DNA of 64,000 nucleotides from Klebsormidium nitens (lineage: Eukaryota; Plantae; Klebsormidiophyceae), in contig DF237154.1 in the NCBI GenBank assembly GCA_000708835.1, positions 62,001 through 126,000 of the forward strand. The letters are read 5' to 3'. Both the position numbers and the translations under genes were made by a program. Below are positions 50,101 to 62,241 of this stretch, one piece after another. The notes beneath the pieces were generated by a model. The model was given only the letters and a program-made list of their open reading frames with translations, was not told where the DNA came from and did no database searches. Position 1 is the first letter of the stretch. Each line of letters opens with the position of its first letter.

Positions 50101-53100
50101 CGCAACAAAAGAGAGGCAAATAATGTCAGCAACTTAATGTCAAGCATCCCACACTGTCTTCCTGGTTTTTGGAAGGTTGGAAAACTTCGTAGGTTGAAGC
50201 TCTTAATCATTCACCCGGATCAGCACAAGGCTTGCAATTGGAGAAATCTGGGGACTCGGGACTCGTGCGCCCTCGATTCCGCGGTACTTCAAAGCGGGTG
50301 GGGGTTCATCGAAACGTGAGTGATCACGTCAACCGTCACTCTCCTAACGACCCCTGGCTACTCCTGTGCGCGCAGATGATGTGGCGGCTCAACTTCCTGG
50401 TCTTCTTCTGCTGCGTGACGTTGAACAACGACTACATGCTGTACTACATCTGCCCCATGCACACGCTCTTCACGCTCATGGTCTTCGGCATCTGCGCCAT
50501 CGGGGCAAAGTACAACGAGAACAACCTCGTAATCTACCTCAAATTTGCAGGTAGGGCTCGCTCCCTTCGCAATTCAGAGACATTTCCGCATGATCTGAAT
50601 TCCGTTTATTACACACTGGAGGCGTAGCAGTAGCTGTATTTCTCGGTCTTCTCACTGGTCCCGTTCCGGCAACGCACTTGGTCGAACTCTGAGACTTGCC
50701 AAATGAATTCCCGTTCCTCGGGAAGAATCTGAATCGAGGCTGGCCAGCATTACTTGGCGGCTAGCCGCTTGTTGGTTGAGAAAGACTGTCGCATACGAGC
50801 ACGTCTTTGTCCCCAGAAAGGGGTTCGTTTACAGTGCTGATTCTGGTTCCTGGTATCCGCACGTGAGCTCCGCTTCGATCAACAATATCAGCGCGAGATT
50901 CTGCAGGGCCGTGCAAGATGTTACTCCCAACCGAATGGATTCTCCCTCAGACCACTCTCTCAGAATCATCCGCTCCCCCTGTGCAGTGGCGGTCGCCGTC
51001 GTAATCGGTGTGTGGGAGATCCCCGGCATGTTCGACCTGCTTTGGAGCCCCTTCACGTTCCTGGTCGCATACAACGACCCGCGTCGCCCTAGTGATGACA
51101 TCATGCACGAGTGGCGCTTCCGCTCCGGCCTGGACCGCTACATCTGGATCATCGGCATGATGTATGCCTTCGGACACCCCGTGGTAAGGGCGCGATTCTG
51201 GAGTGGTAGGATTTAAGAGCCTGGAGGTTGAGGACTAGAGTGGGCGATTTGCCTGTGCGTTATCTGTATTTCCGCAGTTGCTACGATTAGTGGGAAAGTG
51301 GGGTGTTTTCTGCCTAGCATGGCCGTTTGTTTCTTGACTGCGAAGCCGATTGACGTGAAACATACTACACGGCAGAGAAAATGCTGCTTCAGAAGCTAGA
51401 ATGTCCACGCCGTACGATCAGCATTTCACTGCTCTCTGGGAAAGCGAAGCCTTTCTGTTGGCGGAGTGCTGGCTTGAGTAGCTCAAGAGTGTCTGAGACA
51501 AGCCGTACTGCGGGTATTTTTAAGTTGTTAGTGACTTTGTCGACTGGGCAGAGCATGTGGTCCGCAGCGGGCATGCTTTGAGGTTGTCGACGTTGCGTTC
51601 CGTGGGTTGCGAGTCAGCACCGGCGGAGCTCAAGCCTGGTCCCCTCTCCTGAGAAACACGTTCCGCTGTTTCGCCCTGCCAGCAGTCTTCTTTCCACTCA
51701 GCAGGATCGAGGGCAAGCTGCAAGAAGCAATTGACGAGCTGCAACGCGCCGGTTCGTTCTCAGGAGAGAATGTTTCGGCGATCCATGCTCAGCTGTATGC
51801 CTGACGGGTGCGGCGTGTTGGTGCGCAGGTGGAGCGGTGGCTGGAGCGATTAGAAGACCTCAAGAGCACCACCCGCCAAACAGTGCGGGCCGGCCTCACG
51901 ATATCAGCTCTTGCGGTGAGCGATCACGGTTTCGATTCTCCTTAGGACATTCCCACCACTTGTGCTGCTATATGAAACTAAAACCTGGTTGTGATGACAG
52001 CGTATTTGAGGGTTTGAGTTCAATTCAAGTCGCACTTGCTCTAAGTAGTTCATCTTTCAGTACGCCGCACTACCAAAGAGTCGCACCTTGCTTGGAACGC
52101 TCTCTCAACAAGCTCCTCGTGTCTAGTCGCTTCCAGGCTCCAGAATCGCCGGAGACATTTCTTACCTCGTGCTTCCAAACATTGCCTGTTTGCAGCCACA
52201 CCTAACACCCCACCAATTCACTGAATCCTTCAACCGAAAAACCTTTCTTCAACCTTTGACATATGGAAGTGCAAGTGCTCTTCTCCTCCAAATTGTTTGC
52301 GGCTTGTCACAGTCACCCTGCCTGACTCGCCTTCTAATACAGATTCCCTGGATCTTAAAACCTCTGGCTTGCTGGTCCGCAGGTCGGATACTACTGGTAC
52401 GTCGCGTTCTATTCTTTGGGCAAGCTGGAGTACAACAAGGTCCACCCTTACACCTCCTGGATTCCCATCACGTAAGTACGGCGCACACCCTCCGAAATTC
52501 TTCGGCCTTGCACCATCTTTTGCTTGAAAGACACCTGTCCAGATGTTCCTACCGTCTATTCAGTGATTCGACGCATTTCCCGGAGGCTTAGGCTTCGCAT
52601 CATTCTTGGGTTACAAGACGCCGAAGCAGATGGCGTTCAATCTATGTTCGGTGGACTGGCTCGCGCCGTCACTTATTTCGTATGGTGCATTCATACGAGC
52701 ATGGGAGCAATCCGCGGACACCCTTGGCATGACGAGGGTTTCCAATCGTATCTTGATCGTTTGGCCGGTCCTAGTAAGCCTGAGACTCCGACCGTAGGTA
52801 GTGTCCAGATGCCACACCGCGGTTTGATCGGTTTAGTACTTTGGGCGCTGCCCTCGGTCTGCCTCCCAGCTCGGATCTAGTGCGTTTTTGTCTTGCTATC
52901 ATAAATAGCTGGGCTTGCAGACATTTTAGGGCTCAGCTAATAGCCACTTTGCCTGCCTGAATGCGTTTCGCCGCAGATAAAGTCTTGTCGGAAACGTTCA
53001 GCTTTTCCAAACCACGTTTTGCTTTTGGCAATGCAGAGTGTACATAGTCCTGCGCAACCTGCACCCGACGCTGCGCCACTGGAGCATGACGCTGTTTGCA

Positions 53101-54371
53101 TGGTGCGGCAAGATCACGCTCGAGACCTACATTTGCCAGTTCCACATCTGGCTGCGGTGAGGGGCCCATTCGCGCGCCACATCTCAATTCTGATGTTTCT
53201 CAGCACGCTCAGCACGAGAGTTGACGCAGCTTACGTCCGTCTTGTGAAAGAGGAAAGCGATTGGGAAAGAAGCCGGATGACCAAGGGCGTATGGTTCTTG
53301 AGCCAACGCTCAGGTTAGCCAATCATGCGTTCATACGTTAAGGAAACACTCCTGTCCAGACGACTGGAGATTATGGATCGTGCGCGCACAAAGTTGGCGC
53401 CCAATCGCCCGCCATTCGCCTTTATCGGCAGTCCCAGTTCCCATTCGGTTTGCTGCTTACTTCGACGCGATGATTCGATTGATCCCATTTGCCGGATCGA
53501 ATCTCCTTCCAGTTCCCCCTGATGCGGCAGCCGTGCTTACCGGATCGTTTGACCACCAGCTTTCGAATCGGGAGTTTAATTGATGGGCACGCTCTCCGGT
53601 CGACGCCCGACGCCCTGTGAGACAAATACTGGAGGGTGAAGAGCTGCGGCGTTGCTGCTGGAGTCGTCGATCTCATTGTCTGGCAGCGGCTGGAAGAAGC
53701 GCGCACACCCCGTTGGTGGCTGACGCTACTGCGCGCGTTGCAATTGCAGGACGAGCATTCCCAATGGGCAGCCGGTGGCCATCCTGTCGCTGCTGCCGGA
53801 GGAGTACCCGCTCCTCAACTTCCTCTTCGTGTCCGCCATCTACATCTTCGTGAGAGCCCAACTCTTATGCCTTCATTCTCCAAGACTTCTTTCCCAAAAC
53901 TGAACGTAGGAGTCACATTCGCGGGGTAGGAGAAACCCTTAAGGGGCTCAAGTTGGCTCGTCTCTAGTGGGGTTCTTGTAGATACGAAGTGTGTGCACTT
54001 GCGAGCAACAAGGCTTGGCGACCAGAGTCGCCGAGCAAGCAGCACAAGATGGGTCAGTTGTATTACGTCTGTCTCTTTCAGCAGACTGCGCGGCTGGATA
54101 GTGCTTGTGCAGAGACCATCCTGTAATATAGTAGTGAGGAGGCTCATGGCCCGTTATGGGTGTTTACACGCCTGCTCTTCGCTGATTCCGGCTCTCAATC
54201 TTGCTGCAGGTATCGAACCGGTTGTTCCATCTGGTAAACACGTTAAAGACTGCGTTCGTCCCCGCCAAGAACAATGCGGTTCTGGCACAGACAGGGATAG
54301 GAATGCTCATATCGGGGATTGTTCTATACGGGCTCACCTTCGTCTTCATCAAGTTGCCCTTGAGCCTGTAG
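47125..54371 (+). CDS. RWA: REDUCED WALL ACETYLATION / CAS1-domain O-acetyltransferase (5' end not located)
   Basis: Exons ~47125-47228, 48154-48210, 48419-48491, 48880-49026, 49600-49749, 50376-50550, 50987-51183, 51829-51915, 52383-52471, 53037-53156, 53750-53849, 54210-54371. Peptides match plant RWA: [117 protein letters not shown]. The first exon and probably one exon between 47228 and 48154 were not identified. Confidence 0.93.
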
Positions 54372-55595
54372 ACGGGGTTGCGGACGGCATTCTAATCAGC
54401 AGATTCATAGGTCAAGCTTTATCTGTCAAATGGAAGTTTGACGACACGGAAAGTAAGCAACGGTGGGTGTATAGTACACAGGTTGATTGCGTGATGGCGC
54501 CTTTATTTATGAAGCGCACTGGTTGCCTGAACCAGTCAAACAAAAAGGAACAGCTCTTTCAGTACCAAGCATTATGATGACCCGCATTACAGATATGGCG
54601 TTCGCATCCATAAAACATTCGTGCATCACTGTTAGTTCTCGATTTCTTTGCTGAATTGCTGCTGCGTTATGTGCTAAAAGCCGGCCGGAAGGTCCGGCCC
54701 CGTGTGTTTGCTATGGTATCATGTGTCTCGAGACTACATACCATATCCATACCATATTTACACACCATACCTTTCATGATCATGAAAAATCTTATGATGG
54801 AATATCTCGCTGGGCTGGGCGGCGGCCGCGCTTGTCACGGCCTTGCCAGTGTGCCGAGACGTTCTTCCTCTAGATCGCGCACTTTTCCGACCAGTACGTA
54901 GTGAGCTGCAATCTCCTTCCAAAACAGATCGACGCGTCGTCTGGTGCAACGATTTTTGGCTCGATCTATGATCTTAAAACATACGCATGCTTTAGCCCGT
55001 TGCTAGTCATGGACCCATGTAAGGGACTAGGCAGCCTCAGTTTCCAATTTAAGTACACCGTCTGTGCTGCCAAGATGGTCCTGCGGTCAGTATTCTGGCT
55101 TTTCAACGGCTTCCGCACAGCTTCATGTATGATGTACGTAGGATGTTGGGCAGGAGACTATAATCAAGTGAAAGCATGCCATGTGGAACTTCGGAAAATG
55201 ACAGGTCTATCTCATAAGCTTAGCTTGTGTCGTCGTTTGACTTCGAACCTTTAACAGGGTTGCTTCTAGCAGGGCTCGCAAAACCCTAAGTACATAATAA
55301 ATCATGTACCCATACCGGTAAAACGGTCGGCTGTGTAATGAAACCATTTGGACGGTTCGATCACGGCTGCCTCGACTTCAAACTCTTACAGGCGGCCATG
55401 GACGCGGCTTGCAACGTTTACAAGATATCAACACCAAGACGTACAACAGCTAAGGCCTGCACGGTTACCGTGTGCCGTGTACTTGAGATGAAACCTAGCT
55501 TCGGACTCATCATTCCTATGAACTCGGCACAAGCACACGTACGGACTGACGACTTCCTTATGCCAATGATCCTCCGTATCGGCGCTCCCGCGCGG

Positions 55596-58500
55596 CTACA
55601 CGCCCGTGAGTGCCTCGCTCTCGATAGCAGCCTCTAGCTCGCGTCTCCGCCGGTCCGCGAGCCGCGCCTCGACGCGCGGCCGCACCGTCTCCGCCAGCCG
55701 CGCCACGCTCTCGGCTTTGCTCTCGATCTGATCGAACGGCTGGAAGCCGTCGTTGCGCTCGGAGCCGAACTTGTCCGTGTCGGAGATGCGGTGCAGCGGG
55801 CGCCAGTAGTGGTTCACGCGCGCGTCTAGCAGGCTCAGCGGCTGCACCGCGTACTCCAGCGGACCCTCTGCACCGGAACCGGAAGTCAGTGGAATTAAGG
55901 ATTCAGCGGAATTTGGGGTGTGCTAGTTTGAACGAGCATAGACACTGTCGATTGGAACGCCTCCGACAGGCAAACGAAGGAACCGGCGCCTTTAGTGGCA
56001 CCCGAGGATCAATCGGATACTCCGTGAGAAGTATCCAAAACGGACGAGACCTGCAGATGAGAGCTTGTGAAAGGGTTTGGTTCTGCTCGCAAGTGGCACC
56101 GGCTTCCTTCCAGTTTGGGCCCCAGAAGGCAATCCGCTTGGCCCAGAATTTGTGACACGTTGTGTAGAAATCTGCTCGCACTAGTGATCTGGAGGAAACA
56201 TATAACAGCGAGGATGGTCCCACTTCCATTCCAACGGTCACACGTCACGGGGCTTCCACACGCCAGAGAGCGAGAGCCCAGAGATGTTTTTACGTTGACT
56301 ACGGCTATGTTGAGTTAGGTCACTGTCCGGCGAACGGTCGGGGTTGGCTTGGGGTTAAGGGTTGCATACGAGTGCGGAGGATCTTAACCTTTGGGTTTAA
56401 GATTTTCTTGTCTTCAAGCCCGGGAGACTGATCTGACTCAACTGAGACCTGAATCGATCAACGCAATTGAAAAATCGGGAGGCCCTTTCTCACCCGACTC
56501 CTCGAGCACGTCCACGTAGTGCACGCCGTTGGCGACCACCTTCTCGGGCCGCATGAACGTCTTGTCGCCGTGCTCGTGCTTGCGGCTGTGCCGCACGTAC
56601 TTCTGCACCAGCGTCAGCCCCGCCTCCTCCACCTGCGCGCGCGCACCCGCTACGTCACTCCGCGGCTGACCCCGCGGTTAAGCGAACTACCGTCAACCAG
56701 TCTCCTTCACTTGAATGTCCAGCAAGAGGTGTGGTCTGAGGGCACTCTTTCGATTTTGCGTAAGGCGCGAAAGTAAAATCCAATTGCGCTTGCGAAGTTT
56801 CAGCAACAGGAAGAACTAGGTCATGGGCAGATTTTAAAGATGCAGAGGAAGAGTGTTGAATATACTCCCAAGCAAAGATTCCGAACGGCCTGTTATCAAG
56901 GGCCTTCTGGGATTATCAGCGTGCGCCTTATCGGGTGAAAATGCCCCCAGAATGCTCGAAACGCATCAGCGCGAAACACTTCGTGGAACATTTGACCAAG
57001 GCCTGGAAATGCATCGCTACCGCCGACAGACATTCTCCAGCGCGCGCACCTGGGGCGCGACGAGGTAGCGGATGCGCTTGACGCGCAGCGCGGCCCAGTG
57101 GTCGGGGAAGTTGGCGAGCATGGCGCGCGCGCTGTAGCTGAAACGGCTGCTGATCTGGACGTACTCGTCCAGGTCCACGAACATGAGCCAGCGGCTGCGG
57201 TGCCGGTTGCGCAGCAAACAGTCCACGTTCAGCACCGTCTGGTCGTAGTATCTGCGAAGCAACGAATCGGTGAATGCATAAGAGATTGGAAATCACTGTT
57301 TTGAGATGGAAATATATAGTTCAAGATGTAGCAGCGTCGGGTCGTTGTACCGGCGCGCAAGGCTTAGGTAAGTGCTTGGCGCTTTTGGAGGATGAAGGGA
57401 GGGCGTCTACGCAACGTCATTATCCGATTTTAGCAGGGCCTAGTGCTCGGGGCACAAACCGTGAAACCAACTTTTCGGCGACAGGATAGCCGAAAGCCGT
57501 GCCTCGAGGTCGCTACGTGACGTCAGGCGTTCCGGGTCCCAGGACGCCCACTTCAAGGTAATCAAGGTTTTCAGATACTGTACCGTCTGGTCGTCGTACT
57601 ATATCTGCGCGCGGGTTTGGGAGTGCATGGGGTTCGGAGGACTATGGCTTCGAAAACAATTGGTCAAGCTTCGCAGAACGTCTTGTCAAACTAAAACTGC
57701 GTACGAACCTTTAAGTTGGCGGAATTGGAGGCCGATCACTCCTCTGCGCGAACCTCCTGTAAGAACCAGGTTCCCCGCCTTGATCCAAGCAATGAGTGCC
57801 AACGGCAATATGCAGAGGAGACAGAAAAGAAGGCCACCGACTGTGCGATCCTTGGAAATCACCAAGAGGAGTGAACATCCCGGCAGGTTGCGCTTCAGTA
57901 TCGCGACAACCACGACAACCACGACAACCCTTTTCCTCATACAGCCCCCCTCACTTGTGCGCCTTGTCCAGGACGTCCGGCGTTGTGCCGATGCAACTGA
58001 AGCAGGGCCGCCGGCTGGAAAATTTTTGCAGGTCATAAGTGGAAATCGAGGTCCAGCAGAACGTTCTTCTAAACCCACTGAAAACCGAAGTCCGTTTTCA
58101 AAATGCTTCATGAGCTCTCGAAAAGCTGAGAAGTCGACGGTCCTCACTTGTGCGCCTTTTCGAGGACGTCCGGCGGCGCGGTGGGTTGCCAGTGGCGGAA
58201 GGTGAGCGTGCCGTCGTCGATGTACGGCTGCAGCGCCGCGCGCGCGCCGGGGTCGTGCGCGTACACGATCAGGTGGTCCAGCCCCGTCACGCCGCGGTGG
58301 TACTCGATCCACTCCACCCACGGCCGCTCGTCGACAGCGCCGAAAATGGGGCCCATGCACCCAGTCAGGAAGCGGTCCGTCTCGCCGGGCCTTGTGTCGA
58401 GCGTCGCCGGATCGAGCACCAGGCGCATGTCGAGCGTCGGGGGGGGGGGCGCCGTCGCCTCCCGCGGGACCGATGCGGAGCTGCGTGGCGATCATGTGGT

Positions 58501-61288
58501 CTCCCCCCATGGATTCCAGAAACGTCCCCAGTTCGGGGGGCAGCTTGCACTCGAGGAACATCGAGTACGCCGCGTTCACGTGCCCGCTGCGCGTCGCGAT
58601 CGCGTCGTAGTTCACGCGCACCACCGCCGGGACGTCGAACTCGCCCGTCACCGGCAACACGCTCGCGTCGCGCGGGGCGCTCTCTGCGTCTGGGGCCGGC
58701 GGCGTCCGGCGCGCGTCCCCCGTTCGTTTCGTCAGCCGCTCCGCGTTCTGGCGGTCCCCGCCCCACCACACCCCTCCCACGCTCACCCGCCCCTCCGCCG
58801 CGTTCTTGTTCCACTGTGCGTGGTGCAGCGATGCTGCCCCCGCGCCGCTCCCCCGCCCCTCCCGCGCACCGAGCAGGCTCCGTGCTGCGCCCTCCTCTCT
58901 GAAGCCTGCCGTTTCGGTAGCGCCCAAGTCCGACAGACTCGACTTTTCATCCTCGCGCGCGTCTTGCTCTTCTGTTCCTAGCAGAGCTCTCGCGCCCGCC
59001 TGCGTCGTAGGGCTTGCTTTGGCCGCCTTACCGAGCCCCCAGCCCGAGAGGAGGTCGCTCAAGCCCCCAAACGGGACCTGGTCGGGAGGTGCTGCCGGAG
59101 GGGGAGCGCGCTCTTTGACGAATCCCTGGAAGTGGCACGTGACCTGCAGGTCCGTCGCCTTGATGCTGTTGCCGCCCTGCGAGCCCCACCAAATCTTGGG
59201 GGAGGGGTCCTGCGTGAACGACAAAAACCTGCGGCCAAGACAGGAAGTCTTAGCGCTGCCCTCCGGGCAAGTGCCATCCATTCATTCGTTCCGACTCAAA
59301 CCCTTGGTGCAGGGAATGCCTTTAAGAGTGACAGTCGGGCTTTGCAGGCGACTCCCACAAGTGCGGGCTAACTGAAAGCTCTTTTAGAGGGACACTCGAT
59401 CATGCAGTTCTTAGTCATGCAGCAGCAGTCACACTTTTACTGCAGCCACTTGTAACTTCCGGTTCCACACAGTCTAGGCCGAGAGAGCGTGTCGGCACCG
59501 CCAAAGTGCCCACAGGTTGGTGCGCCTTGGATCTCGTTCGCTTAGAGCCGTTTCGCTCTCGGTCCAACCAGCCAACTGCTTAAGTCCTGGATCCGAGATC
59601 GGCAGCAAGCTTCTCTCAGTTCGGATGTTTGGGAGTTCATTAAGGTTAGGCAAGCGCTCAGACTGCTAAAGCAGTCGCCCCGCCCCGTTCTTCCTCACCC
59701 TCACCTGAGCACCCACTCCCCTTTGGTGCGCACCGCCGCAACTCGATACACAAACAGGTCCACCCCCAGCGTCGGTACCGCCACTTTCAAATGCGACGGC
59801 CCCAGATCGTCCAGCGTCTCGGCAATCGCCAAGCCCCGCTCTGCCGCCTTTCCCGGCTCCTCCGCTCGCTCGTTGCCGTCCGCAGACGCGTTTGCACTGG
59901 ACGACGCACCTCGCCGTCTGTGTGCCGCTATAACAGGGGCCAAGAGTGCATCCGGGAAGAGCGGCAGCGGGCGCGGCTCGGGGCGTAAGCGCCGCTTGGC
60001 CGCCTGCACCACTAAATTGGGGTCGACCCCCTGGGGCATTGTTTCCTGCTCTGTCAAAGCGGCCTTCTCCTCGTCCAATATTTTGTTCTCTTCTGAGTGC
60101 TCATCAGCAGAATCAATCTCGCCAATGTCCTGATCCTCCTGCTCTGATTGTGCGTCCTCCCCAAACACGTTCAGGCCCGCCCGCGCCAGCCTGGCCCCGC
60201 GCGGCTTCACCACGCTGGCCGCTCTCACTGTCACCGTCTTCTCCAAGGGGTCCTCTTTTCTCTCATGAGAATCTATGTTTAACCCCAGCTGCGCTTGACT
60301 GTGCATTGAGCCGTGCATGATTTCTTTCTGGGGGTTCACTTCCCTAGCTGCTGCAGCCCCCCGCTCCATGCCGTCCAGCAGGCCCAGCTGCGCGGGGTCG
60401 TGCATCCGGAAGAAGCCCCTCCGGTTCCCGTCAGCGTCTTGGCGGTGCTCGCGCGATATATAGGCCGCCATGTGCTGTCGGCTGCGCAGCGACTGGGTGC
60501 GCTCCCCCCCCTCAAGCAGCGCCCACTGGTGGGACCCTTCCAGGGGGTGCGCAGACCTGTCTTCTGAACCCCCCGCCGAGCTCTCAGCTCCTGTCCGCTC
60601 CCATGTTTCTTTCGCACCCTCCAAACTCTTGAGACTGCTTTCCTCGAGAGCCACTGGAAGCTCGCTGACGCCCGCACATGTAGGGCTGTCACCGGATGCT
60701 GGCTGCTGCACACAGCGGCTGTCTCCTCCCACCGCTGGCCACTGCAAAGAGAAGAGGCTGGGCCTGAGGCACCCTTGGTACAGGCAGCAAACGTGACTTG
60801 AACTTAACAACAGCGTTTGATGTAGGTGAAGAAGAGGGATGATCAGGAGCCATTGAGCTTCTCATGTGAAATGAGCAATGGATGCATTTTTGGTGGAAAA
60901 TCATCGAGTGGTGCGAGAGGGTTGACTTCACGGCAACATTCAAAATGACTCCTTAAGTTTAAAGTGTCTATTGCAACTTCATTGATGCTGCCAATTGTCG
61001 TATGCCCCTCCCAGGTTTCTGCAACCACAGCGGGAACGCGTGTTCTCTTGCTGTCAGACCAATGCCGTCAGGTGCAAACCTCACCTCTGTGCTTTCCCGC
61101 CAGCTGTGGCCTCCTCTGTGCACATCCCTTCGCTGAAGCTCCCCCTCCAGCTGCGCTGTGCACAGAGTCGCTGCCGCAACTAGAATGAGCAGCAGCACTC
61201 TGAGCAGGGCACTCCTACCGAAGCAGTGGAAGGAGGGGCGTGGCATCCTGGACAGATGCACAGCCCCCAAACTTGGATTTCCTTTCAT
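55596..61288 (-). CDS. Glycosyltransferase family 92 / DUF23 type II membrane protein, with an apparent 1-nt frameshift at 58439-58449
   Basis: Exons 61288-61085 (TM: LLRVLLLILVAAATLC), 60741-59705, 59228-58148, 57251-57050, 56632-56494, 55867-55596. Catalytic-region peptides: GCMGPIF..WVEWIEYHRGVTGLDHLIVY; YYDQTVLNVDCL..SRWLMFVDLDEY (DxD); KTFMRPEKV..GVHY; RVNHY. The third exon changes frame at a G11 homopolymer. Confidence 0.78.
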
Positions 61289-62241
61289 GAGAGCTGCCAA
61301 ACTCCGAGCGGCCAAGCAGGTGGCTGCCCTGTCCAGCTGTCTGTGTTCACCTCCATGCAGCGATGTCCGGCAGAGGGGGGGCCCCGCCCAAAGTGCAACA
61401 AGGCATCGTTGTGCTCAAGCTTGGCCTGTCCTGGGAGAAAGCACACACTCCCAGCAAGAAAGCCTGTGCCACCTCAACAAGATTCACAACCCAGTTTGCC
61501 TTTCAAAAGCGAGGTCACTTTTCATGCCCGGGACTATTGGAGCTCTTGCAAGGGGTATCTAGGAACCCACATCTGCTTGCAAGGTTGTTCTTGGACCAGC
61601 TACATCAGGAGGTCGAAGTCGCCAATATTGTTGCTAGCTGTACCGATCAAAAGTACCCGACGATTTAAAAGTAGCCGTCGATCGTCATCTTTATGCTATC
61701 GAAACCGTCCATTGTAGTCTACGCGCGCAGCAGCATTTCATAGGGCCGTCCTCGTTTCTGACGGAACTCAGTTTGATAGGTAACCTAATTGAGGATCGGC
61801 ATGCATACGCCAGTGACGGTCGGATGGCCAGTATGTAGCACAAGCCGGCTGAATCTGAAAGTACCGGTTTGCTAGGGCCCCATTGCCGGATAAGTACGGC
61901 CAGTGTATCTACTGCTCTAGATCTGCAAAAGATGGTCCATCAAAATCTGAGTCTGCTCGTATGATCAGGCTCATGAGTGCTTCCGCAAGCCACAATGACA
62001 CTGTGAGTCACATGCTCCGTCCTTCACCATTGCGAGTTCCCTGAAAGTCCACAGCAAGACAGGCAAACGTCACAAGACTAAACAAGTGCCGCGTTGGACT
62101 GTCTGGCTCCCCATTCTTGTTCAGATGCAAGAATGTGAGTCTTAGCATGCACAATAGCAGGGGATAGTCCAGCAGGACGCTCATGCCTCACTGAGTCTCT
62201 CGTCCATTTCTGCACGTCGTAAACACACCCCGCGGCGCGGC

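Noticed and set aside
58148-59375. Long plus-strand ORFs (277, 250 and 189 aa) as an overlapping gene
   Set aside because: They are antisense to GC-rich GT92 coding sequence. Stop-poor opposite frames are expected at this GC content, and the translations are low-complexity.
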